From the NCBI GenBank assembly GCA_963977515.1, contig CAXBPN010000031.1:1-15093 (forward strand): a DNA stretch of 15,093 nucleotides, written 5' to 3'. Position 1 is the stretch's first letter. Every line of letters begins with the position of its first letter. Below, in pieces: positions 1 to 6,951 of the stretch. The translations under genes and the position numbers were made by a program. The stretch is from an uncultured Flavobacteriales bacterium. Lineage in GTDB: Bacteria; Bacteroidota; Bacteroidia; Flavobacteriales_E; Vicingaceae. The notes under the pieces are model-generated. The model was not told the DNA's origin and did not search any database. It worked only from the letters and a program-made list of their open reading frames with translations.

Positions 1-381
1 GAAAACATTATATGTGTTGTTGAAACAGCATTAGATGTTATAGCAATTGAGAACACCAATCAGTATAAGGGAAAATACCATGTTTTAGGAGGAATTATTT
101 CTCCAATGGAAGGCATTGGGCCTAGCGATATAAAAGTAAATGAATTAATAGAGCGAGTTAAATCTCAAGGTACAGAAGAGTTAATTATGGCGCTAAGCAC
201 CACAATGGAAGGTGATGCAACAAACTTTTATATCTATAAAAAACTTAAAGACTTAAACGTTAAGGTTTCTACAATTGCAAGAGGAATTGGAATTGGTGAT
301 GAACTTGAATATACTGATGAATTAACACTTGGACGCTCAATATTGAATAGAATTCCTTTTGAAAATACGTTAACATTATAA
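1..381 (+). CDS. recR: Recombination protein RecR, C-terminal portion (5' end lies outside the window)
   Basis: Frame 1 is open from nt 1: [53 protein letters not shown]... This is the Toprim-domain signature of RecR (CVVE acidic motif, YHVLGGxISPxxGxGP). The Met at 106 in the ORF track is internal, not the start. Stop TAA at 379-381. Confidence 0.85.
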   Translation, partial: ENIICVVETALDVIAIENTNQYKGKYHVLGGIISPMEGIGPSDIKVNELIERVKSQGTEELIMALSTTMEGDATNFYIYKKLKDLNVKVSTIARGIGIGDELEYTDELTLGRSILNRIPFENTLTL

Positions 382-385
382 GCTT

Positions 386-1951
386 TTGAAACTATCCGTA
401 ATCATAGTAAATTATAATGTAAAAAACTTTTTAGACCAATGTCTAACATCTGTTTTTAAAGCAATTCAAGATATTGATGCTGAAGTTTATGTAGTAGATA
501 ATATTTCAACTGACGGTTCAGTTGAAATGGTTCAAGAAAAATACCCTCAAGTTAAACTTATTGCTAACAAAGAAAATGTCGGTTTTTCTATCGCTAATAA
601 TCAAGCAATAAAATTAGCAAAAGGAGAATATGTTTTATTGCTTAACCCTGATACAGTTGTAGAAGAAGATACGTTTGAAAAATGCATTGTGTTTTCTGAT
701 AAACATCCAAAACTAGGTGGACTAGGTGTTAAAATGATAGATGGAACGGGTACATTTTTACCCGAATCTAAGAGAGGATTACCAACACCTAGCGTTTCTT
801 TTTACAAAATATTTGGACTATCAAGTTTGTTTCCTAAATCTAAAAAATTTGCCAAATATCATTTAGGTTTTTTAGATGAAGATGAAACCAATGAAATTGA
901 AATTTTATCGGGAGCCTTTATGTGGATGCGTAAAAGTGTTTTAGATAAAATAGGCTTATTGGATGAAAGTTTCTTTATGTATGGAGAAGATATTGACTTA
1001 TCGTACCGAATAATTAAAGCTGGGTATAAAAACTTCTATTTCCCAGCAACTAAAATTATCCATTATAAAGGTGAGAGCACAAAAAAAGGAAGTATTAACT
1101 ACGTTTTTGTGTTCTACAACGCCATGATTATTTTCTCTAAAAAACACTTTACAAAAAATGCTAAAGCTTTTTCATTTTTCATCAATATAGCCATATATCT
1201 TCGGGCAGCTTTAGCTTTAGTCGTTCGATTTATTAACTACTTTAAACTTCCACTTATTGATACTGGATTTATACTGCTTATTTTACTCTTATTAAACTTT
1301 TTAAAACCTTATTTAGGTTTTCCAAATCAAATTGAAATAAATAACGAATACGGTATATTAAACATTCTTCTTGTTGTAGTTTCTTTTGTAGTTGGTCAAG
1401 CAATTTTAAAAGGCTACACTCAAACTGTTCGAATCAATAGAACCTTTTCAGGAATGCTTCTAGGCTCTATACTTCTCATCGGTTTAAATTTCGTTTTTCC
1501 AAAAGAATATTCATTCTCTAACAAATTCTTAGTCAGTATTTTAATTGGAATTACCACACTAATCCCTTCAAGTCGGTTTATATTGAATTATTTCAATAAA
1601 TTAAAACTTAAAAAGAATAACAAGAAGAGTATAATTGTAGCTGGAAGCAGAAATTTTATTTCTAAAATAAACGAACTTTTTAATAAAAATAACGCATCTG
1701 TAGAATTGCTAAAAATCAACTCATCAAATAACCTTCTTGCCGAAGATGAAGATTTTTTTACTGGTAAAAAGTATCAATTAAAGGATATTGCTCAAATTTA
1801 CAATGTAAATGAAGTTATTTTTTCTTCTGATGATATGACTTATAAAGATATCATTGAAGAAATATCACTTACTCAAAGTAAATATATTGACTATAAAATA
1901 TCACTTAAAAACGAGGTGATAATTGGAGGAAATACCATTCAAAAAATATAA
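386..1951 (+). CDS. Family 2 glycosyltransferase fused to a multi-pass membrane region and a C-terminal Rossmann-like tail
   Basis: The N-terminus LSVIIVNYNVKNFLDQCL...VVDNISTDGS...LLLNPD...FMYGEDIDLSYR is a classic GT-A/GT2 signature. Residues ~260-400 are strongly hydrophobic (several TM helices). The last ~110 aa (KKSIIVAGSRNF...VNEVIFSSDDMTYKDIIEEI) look Rossmann-like. The only available start is TTG 386-388, because there is an in-frame stop at 371-373 and no ATG. It lies 4 nt after the recR stop. Confidence 0.8.
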   Translation: MKLSVIIVNYNVKNFLDQCLTSVFKAIQDIDAEVYVVDNISTDGSVEMVQEKYPQVKLIANKENVGFSIANNQAIKLAKGEYVLLLNPDTVVEEDTFEKCIVFSDKHPKLGGLGVKMIDGTGTFLPESKRGLPTPSVSFYKIFGLSSLFPKSKKFAKYHLGFLDEDETNEIEILSGAFMWMRKSVLDKIGLLDESFFMYGEDIDLSYRIIKAGYKNFYFPATKIIHYKGESTKKGSINYVFVFYNAMIIFSKKHFTKNAKAFSFFINIAIYLRAALALVVRFINYFKLPLIDTGFILLILLLLNFLKPYLGFPNQIEINNEYGILNILLVVVSFVVGQAILKGYTQTVRINRTFSGMLLGSILLIGLNFVFPKEYSFSNKFLVSILIGITTLIPSSRFILNYFNKLKLKKNNKKSIIVAGSRNFISKINELFNKNNASVELLKINSSNNLLAEDEDFFTGKKYQLKDIAQIYNVNEVIFSSDDMTYKDIIEEISLTQSKYIDYKISLKNEVIIGGNTIQKI

Positions 1952-1995
1952 AATAAATTAGGAGCTTTTTTTTTCAGCTACCTTAATATTTCTCA

Positions 1996-2003
1996 TAACT
2001 TTG
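1996..2003 (+). promoter_or_regulatory. Candidate Bacteroidota -7 promoter box (TAACTTTG) upstream of serC
   Basis: Exact match to the TAnnTTTG -7 consensus described for Bacteroides/Flavobacterium promoters, 33 nt upstream of the serC ATG. The expected -33 TTTG position is occupied by a T9 run (1966-1974) rather than a clean TTTG, so the call is weak. Confidence 0.25.
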
Positions 2004-2036
2004 CACTCTAATTTTAATCTTTAAAGTGTACAAAAC

Positions 2037-3110
2037 ATGTCAAAAGTTCACAATTTTAGTGCTGGCCCTTGTATTTTGCCTCAAGAGGTATTAAAACAGG
2101 CTTCAGAAGCAGTAATCAATTTTAATAACTTAAATCTTTCTTTATTAGAAATCTCGCACAGAAGTAAAGATTTTGTTGAAGTAATGGAAAAATCCCAAGC
2201 TTTAGTAAAAGAATTACTGAATGTGCCAGATGGTTATTCTGTTCTTTTTCTACAAGGTGGAGCAAGTTTAGGATTTCTTAAAACTGCTTATAATTTTATG
2301 AAGGAAGGCGGTTCTGCTGCATATCTAAACACTGGTACTTGGGCAAATAAATCACAAAAAGAGGCTGCTCGCTTAGGAACAGTAATCGAAGTTGCTTCAT
2401 CTGCAGATAAAAACTATAACTACGTTCCTAAAAACTATCAAATACCAGGTAGTGCTGATTATTTACACATCACTACAAATAATACCATTTTTGGAACACA
2501 ATTAAAAAACATTCCAATTAGCCGTATTCCTATTATTGCTGATATGTCATCTGATATTTTTAGTAAAAAAATAAATGTTGCCGATTTTGATATGATTTAT
2601 GCTGGAGCTCAAAAAAATATGGGCCCTGCAGGAACAACACTTTACATTGTAAAAGATAGTGCTTTAGGTAAAACAGGAAGAAATATTCCTGCAATGTTAG
2701 ATCTTCAGGTGCACATCAAAAAAGAGTCGATGTTTAATACTCCTCCTGTTTACCCAATTTATGTTTCTATGTTAAACTTACAATGGCTAAAAGACAATGG
2801 TGGTGTTGAATGGATTGAAAAAATAAATGAGCAAAAAGCCGCTTTACTTTACAATGAAATAGACAATAATCCTTTATTTGAAGGAACAGCAGAAGTTGAC
2901 AGCAGAAGTAATATGAATCCAACATTTGTTTTAACGAATGATGCTTTAAAAGATGAATTTGATGCTATGTGGCAAGCTGCTAATATTAGCGGAATAAAAG
3001 GGCATAGAGATGTTGGAGGATATAGAGCTTCAATGTATAATGCTCTTCCATTAGAAAGTGTTCAGGTATTAGTTGACGTAATGAAAGAATTCACAAAAAA
3101 ACACGGATAA
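2037..3110 (+). CDS. serC: Phosphoserine aminotransferase (3-phosphoserine/phosphohydroxythreonine transaminase)
   Basis: Full-length 357 aa ORF. The N-terminus MSKVHNFSAGPCILPQEVL and the motifs LEISHRSKDF, FLQGGASLGF, IYAGAQKNMGPAG (PLP lysine in AQKN) and GHRDVGGYRASMYNA are characteristic of SerC. Confidence 0.95.
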   Translation: MSKVHNFSAGPCILPQEVLKQASEAVINFNNLNLSLLEISHRSKDFVEVMEKSQALVKELLNVPDGYSVLFLQGGASLGFLKTAYNFMKEGGSAAYLNTGTWANKSQKEAARLGTVIEVASSADKNYNYVPKNYQIPGSADYLHITTNNTIFGTQLKNIPISRIPIIADMSSDIFSKKINVADFDMIYAGAQKNMGPAGTTLYIVKDSALGKTGRNIPAMLDLQVHIKKESMFNTPPVYPIYVSMLNLQWLKDNGGVEWIEKINEQKAALLYNEIDNNPLFEGTAEVDSRSNMNPTFVLTNDALKDEFDAMWQAANISGIKGHRDVGGYRASMYNALPLESVQVLVDVMKEFTKKHG

Positions 3111-3113
3111 AAA

Positions 3114-4067
3114 ATGAAAATATTAGCAAACGATGGTATTGCACCGATAGGTAAAAAACAATTAGAAACAGCAGGGTTTGAAGTAATCACAGAAACTGTT
3201 CCTCAAGCTGACTTAGCAAAAGCTATTAACGACAACAACTACGTTGCTGTTTTGGTTAGAAGTGCAACAACTGTTAGAAAAGAAGTAATTGATGCTTGTC
3301 CTAATTTAAAATTAATTGGACGTGGTGGAGTTGGTATGGACAACATAGATGTTGCTTATGCTCGAGAAAAAGGATTACATGTAATTAATACGCCAGCAGC
3401 TTCATCTCAATCGGTAGCAGAACAAGTTATGGCTCACTTATTTGGTCTGGCTAGAGGATTATATGATTCTAACAGACAAATGCCAAATGGCGGTAATACT
3501 GATTTTAAAACCTTAAAAAAGAAATACGGAAAAGGAATTGAACTAAGAGGTAAAACTTTAGGTGTTTTAGGAATTGGCAGAATAGGACAAGCTGTAGCTA
3601 AATATGCTTTAGGATGCGGAATGAATGTCATTGCTTTTGATCCTTTTATTGATAAGGTAACTATTGATGTTCAAGTAGCAAATCAAACTGTTAATGTTGA
3701 AGTTAAAACCATCTCTAAAGATGAGTTATTAACTCAAGCTGATTTTATTACATTGCATATACCTGCTCAAGCAGATGGAAAACCAGTAATAAGCAATGAA
3801 GAATTTGCTAAAATGAAAGATGGAGTAATGATTGCTAATGCGGCTCGTGGAGGTGTAATTGATGAAGATGCTTTAATTGCAAACCTTAATTCTGGAAAAG
3901 TTGCTGCCGCAGCACTTGATGTTTTTGTAAACGAACCTACTCCAAGAGAAGATTTAATGAAACACCCAAAACTTTCGTTAACGCCTCACACTGGAGCAGC
4001 AACTATAGAAGCTCAAGATAGAATTGGAGAAGAGTTAGCTAGTCAGATTAAAGAATTATTGGGATAG
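3114..4067 (+). CDS. serA: D-3-phosphoglycerate dehydrogenase, short form without an ACT domain (D-isomer 2-hydroxyacid dehydrogenase family)
   Basis: 317 aa. It has the NAD-binding GVLGIGRIGQAVA (GxGxxG) motif, the GRGGVGMDNID motif, ANAARGGVIDEDAL (catalytic Arg region) and LTPHTGAAT (catalytic His). It starts 3 nt after the serC stop. The protein ends right after the catalytic domain, so there is no C-terminal regulatory domain. Confidence 0.85.
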   Translation: MKILANDGIAPIGKKQLETAGFEVITETVPQADLAKAINDNNYVAVLVRSATTVRKEVIDACPNLKLIGRGGVGMDNIDVAYAREKGLHVINTPAASSQSVAEQVMAHLFGLARGLYDSNRQMPNGGNTDFKTLKKKYGKGIELRGKTLGVLGIGRIGQAVAKYALGCGMNVIAFDPFIDKVTIDVQVANQTVNVEVKTISKDELLTQADFITLHIPAQADGKPVISNEEFAKMKDGVMIANAARGGVIDEDALIANLNSGKVAAAALDVFVNEPTPREDLMKHPKLSLTPHTGAATIEAQDRIGEELASQIKELLG

Positions 4068-4072
4068 TTTTA

Positions 4073-4150
4073 TTAACCACATAGCTAACCCTAATAAATA
4101 TAATTCTTCTATTCGATATTCGATAGAAAACTATGTTTCTATGTGGTTAA
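4073..4150. repeat. 78-bp palindromic intergenic element with perfect 12-bp terminal inverted arms
   Basis: TTAACCACATAG (4073-4084) is the exact reverse complement of CTATGTGGTTAA (4139-4150). The interior holds a second imperfect palindrome/tandem CTATTCGATATTCGATAG (4109-4126). The element sits in the serA-DUF1015 spacer. Confidence 0.6.
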
Positions 4151-4162
4151 ACAATAAATATA

Positions 4163-5407
4163 ATGGCTAAAATTATTCCTTTTAAAGCAATTCGTCCAAC
4201 AAGAGATAAAGCCTATTTGGTTTCATCTATGCCTGCTTATAGTTATAAAAAACATATACTGGAGGCCAAGCTTGAAACGAATCCTTATACATTTTTACAT
4301 GTAATAAACCCTGAATACCGTCAGGATAATAAAACGCAACCCAACTCAATTGAACGGTTTGAGAATGTAAAAGAAAAGTTTGATGAGTTTTGTAATGATG
4401 GTATTTTTAAACAAGATGAAAAGGAATCTTTTTACATCTATCGACAAATAACAGAAACCAACACTTATTTAGGCTTAATTACAGGAATTGCTGTTGATGA
4501 TTATTTAAATGGGAATATAAAAATACATGAACACACTTTAACACAACGTGAAGAAACGTTTAAACTGTATTTAGATGTTTGCCAATTTAATGCAGAACCC
4601 GTACTCCTAACTTATAAAGATAATGATGAGGTTGATGCTGTTATCAATAAATACCTTGATACTCGATCTGAGGTAGAATTTTGTTCTTCACACAAAATCA
4701 AACAAGACTTATGGCTCGTTGATAATAAAGATGATGTCACTGTCTTAATCAATGCTTTTAAAAATATCAATGATATTTATGTTGCTGATGGTCATCATCG
4801 ATCCGCATCTTCTGTGCTTTACGCACAAAGCAAACGTGAGGAAAACCCAAACTACAAACCAGAAGATAAATTCAACTATTTTTTATCTTATTTAATACCG
4901 GAAAGTAAACTAAATATAGTTGAATACAACAGGACTGTAAGTAGTTTAAACGAATTAAGTATTGATGATTTTTTAACGAAAATTAAAGTACAATTTGAAT
5001 TGGAAGAGAAAAAAACTATTTACTCGCCTACTCACAAACATAATTTTTCGATGTACTTAGCGGGGAAATGGTATTCGTTAACAGCAAAAAAAGGAACTTA
5101 CAATGAAGAAGACATTGTAGGGAATTTAGATGCTAGAATATTAACCGCAAATGTTTTAACTCCGATTCTTGGAATTACAGATTTAAAAACTGACAACAGA
5201 GTAGCTTTTATGGAAGGTACTAAAGGTGCTGAAGGGTTACAAGAAAAAGTAGATAGTGAAGAAGCTATTGTTGCTTTTGGGTTATTTCCAGTATCCATAG
5301 AACAACTAAAAGCTGTTGCCGATGCAAATGATATTATGCCACCTAAAAGCACTTGGATTGAACCTAAAATGAGAAGTGGCTTAACAATTTATAGTTTGGA
5401 GGATTAG
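4163..5407 (+). CDS. DUF1015 family protein (function unknown)
   Basis: 414 aa. The N-terminus MAKIIPFKAIRPTRDKA...NPYTFLHV and the internal ADGHHRSAS motif (DGHHR at nt 4787-4801) match my recollection of the conserved DUF1015 (PF06245) signature. No catalytic family is recognisable. Confidence 0.8.
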   Translation: MAKIIPFKAIRPTRDKAYLVSSMPAYSYKKHILEAKLETNPYTFLHVINPEYRQDNKTQPNSIERFENVKEKFDEFCNDGIFKQDEKESFYIYRQITETNTYLGLITGIAVDDYLNGNIKIHEHTLTQREETFKLYLDVCQFNAEPVLLTYKDNDEVDAVINKYLDTRSEVEFCSSHKIKQDLWLVDNKDDVTVLINAFKNINDIYVADGHHRSASSVLYAQSKREENPNYKPEDKFNYFLSYLIPESKLNIVEYNRTVSSLNELSIDDFLTKIKVQFELEEKKTIYSPTHKHNFSMYLAGKWYSLTAKKGTYNEEDIVGNLDARILTANVLTPILGITDLKTDNRVAFMEGTKGAEGLQEKVDSEEAIVAFGLFPVSIEQLKAVADANDIMPPKSTWIEPKMRSGLTIYSLED

Positions 5408-5408
5408 C

Positions 5409-5450
5409 CCCCCTAAATACCAAAAAGGGGGACTTTCTATTATTGTTTTG
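5409..5450 (+). terminator. Putative intrinsic terminator after the DUF1015 gene
   Basis: Stem CCCCCT (5409-5414) pairs with AGGGGG (5426-5431) across an 11-nt loop, followed by the T-rich tract ACTTTCTATTATTGTTTTG. The stem starts 2 nt after the TAG stop (5405-5407). A pure G/C stem is conspicuous in this AT-rich sequence. Confidence 0.55.
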
Positions 5451-5501
5451 AATATATAGTTGTCATTTGGAACGAAATGTAATAAAGTCAAAGAATCTTT
5501 T

Positions 5502-5509
5502 TACCTTTG
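5502..5509 (+). promoter_or_regulatory. Candidate -7 promoter box (TACCTTTG) immediately upstream of yggS
   Basis: Exact TAnnTTTG match ending 6 nt before the ATG at 5516. There is no well-spaced -33 TTTG; the nearest TTTG (5466-5469) is 32 nt away. Confidence 0.2.
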
Positions 5510-5515
5510 AAAATA

Positions 5516-6175
5516 ATGAGTATTACTGAAACCCTTCAACAGATTAAATCTTCTTTGCCAGAACATGTAACCCTAGTTGCAGTTTCTAAAACTAAACCTA
5601 ACGAAGACATTTTAGAAGCTTACCAAATTGGTCAACGTATTTTTGGTGAAAATAAAGTTCAAGAACTTACTGAAAAATACGATAGTTTACCAAAAGATAT
5701 TGAATGGCACATGATTGGTCATTTACAAAGCAACAAGGTAAAATACATTACACCATTTGTAAGCTTAATACATGGTGTAGATAGTTTTAAATTATTGAAA
5801 GAAATAAATAAAAGAGCAGAGCAAAACAATAGAGTTATTAATTGTTTGTTGCAAATTCATATCGCAGAAGAAGAAACGAAATTTGGTTTTAATGAAGCAG
5901 AAGTTATTGAACTACTCGCATCAGATGAGTTTAAATCATTAAAAAATGTAAATATTGTTGGCTTAATGGGAATGGCAACATTTACCGAAAATGAAGCTCA
6001 AATAAAAAAAGAATTTACCTCTTTAAAAAATCTTTTCGACAAACTTTTAACTTTTAACATTAAACTTTCAACTCTAAGTATGGGAATGAGTGGAGATTAC
6101 CAATTGGCTTTAGAATGTGGTAGTAATATGATTAGAGTTGGTAGTTCTATTTTTGGCAATAGAAACTATAATTAA
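5516..6175 (+). CDS. yggS: YggS-family pyridoxal-phosphate homeostasis protein
   Basis: LVAVSKTKP (PLP lysine), FGENKVQE, WHMIGHLQSNK, SMGMSGDY and RVGSSIFG are the canonical YggS/PROSC/COG0325 motifs. I prefer the ATG at 5516 (MSITETLQ...) over the TTG at 5507 used by the ORF track. Confidence 0.9.
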   Translation: MSITETLQQIKSSLPEHVTLVAVSKTKPNEDILEAYQIGQRIFGENKVQELTEKYDSLPKDIEWHMIGHLQSNKVKYITPFVSLIHGVDSFKLLKEINKRAEQNNRVINCLLQIHIAEEETKFGFNEAEVIELLASDEFKSLKNVNIVGLMGMATFTENEAQIKKEFTSLKNLFDKLLTFNIKLSTLSMGMSGDYQLALECGSNMIRVGSSIFGNRNYN

Positions 6176-6230
6176 CTAGTTATTGATTTTAATTAACAAC
6201 CCTTGACTTTCTCCTAAAAATACTCGACCT

Positions 6231-6286
6231 TCGTTTAACACAATTTAAGTCGCATTGAAACGCGACCAACAAGTACGGTTAAACGA
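6231..6286 (+). other. Nested stem-loop (candidate 5' leader structure or terminator-like hairpin) upstream of the pseudouridine synthase gene
   Basis: The outer 9-bp stem TCGTTTAAC (6231-6239) pairs with GTTAAACGA (6278-6286). The inner 5-bp G/C-rich stem GTCGC (6249-6253) pairs with GCGAC (6262-6266) over an 8-nt loop. The structure ends 11 nt before the TTG start at 6298, and no U-tract follows. Confidence 0.4.
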
Positions 6287-6297
6287 AACACCTAAAA

Positions 6298-6864
6298 TTG
6301 CACCACCATTACATTTTATATAAACCCGATGGCTACATCAGTCAACTTACCGAAAATGCTGGTCATAAAAAAAAGTTATTAGGCGAATTGTATAATTTCT
6401 GTGAAGGCACTATGGCAATTGGTAGGTTAGACGAGGCTTCTGAAGGGTTATTATTATTGACTACTGATGGAAAAGAAAGCGAAAACATTAGGAGTAAAAA
6501 AGTAGAAAAAGAGTATTACGCTCAAGTTGATGGCGACATTACTTTTGAGGCTGTTGAACAATTGCAAAATGGTGTAGAAATTGGAGTTCAAGGAGAAAAA
6601 TATACCACACTACCTTGTCATGTTTTTCGGCTATCTAAAACACCTGATTTACCAAAGCGGAATAAAAAAATACGAGACGATAAACACGGTCCTACAAGTT
6701 GGGTTTCTATTACAGTTACCGAAGGTAAGTTTCGACAAGTTCGTAAAATGACTTCTACAGTTGGGTTCCCTACACTTCGATTAGTTCGTGTGCGTATTGG
6801 TAATATGCTCTTAAACAATTTACAGGCTAGAGAAGTTAGAGAAATTGAAGCATTTGATTATTAA
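6298..6864 (+). CDS. rluE: RsuA/RluE-family rRNA pseudouridine synthase (no S4 domain)
   Basis: [13 protein letters not shown], the catalytic-Asp motif [26 protein letters not shown] and [28 protein letters not shown] align closely with my recollection of E. coli RluE (KPYDVLPQF...GRLDRDSEGL...[24 protein letters not shown]). The start must be TTG 6298, because there is an in-frame stop at 6280-6282 and no ATG. Confidence 0.8.
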   Translation: [188 protein letters not shown]

Positions 6865-6872
6865 ATAAAAAG

Positions 6873-6930
6873 TGATTGAGTAATGAAGTGAGTAAGTTTT
6901 TTTTCTAAACAGCCTCATATTTCTCAATCA
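6873..6930. terminator. Possible bidirectional terminator hairpin between convergent genes
   Basis: TGATTGAG (6873-6880) pairs with CTCAATCA (6923-6930), with further imperfect pairing inside (TGAG/CTCA). T-rich tracts follow on both strands (plus TTTCATT; minus CTTTTTAT). The large 42-nt interior makes this a weak call. Confidence 0.3.
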
Positions 6931-6951
6931 TTTCATTACCTTATTACTTAA

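Noticed and set aside
106-381. ORF-track start of recR at Met106, and likewise the MBL hydrolase start at 14994
   Set aside because: Both frames stay open to the window edges and the upstream residues carry family motifs. These are internal methionines of genes truncated by the window.
1966-1974. T9 run preceded by a weak GGAGCT/AGCTaCC hairpin, as a GT2 terminator or phase-variable promoter spacer for serC
   Set aside because: The T-run lies in the loop of the only possible hairpin rather than after it, and the stem is short and bulged. There is not enough evidence for either role.
3434-3631. 65-aa minus-strand ORF inside serA. The same applies to 5098-5352 (inside DUF1015), 6618-6818 (inside the rluE-like gene) and 11393-11590 (plus strand, inside dapB)
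   Set aside because: These are antisense shadows of strongly supported genes, with no independent coding evidence.
5507-5515. TTG start for yggS giving MKIMSIT...
   Set aside because: An ATG lies 9 nt downstream, and the TTG is part of a TAnnTTTG promoter-like box. I prefer ATG 5516, but this cannot be settled from sequence alone.
6291-6300. The 10-mer CCTAAAATTG occurs twice (6291-6300 before the rluE-like start and 12161-12170 in the dapB upstream spacer)
   Set aside because: The two copies lie in opposite orientation relative to the adjacent genes, the flanks do not extend the similarity convincingly, and a single repeated AT-rich 10-mer in 15 kb is plausible by chance.
6367-6374. A8 homopolymer inside the rluE-like gene (codons AAA AAA AAG) as a possible frameshift or phase-variation site
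   Set aside because: The reading frame is intact and encodes a plausible KKK in a poorly conserved loop. A8 runs are expected in such AT-rich DNA.
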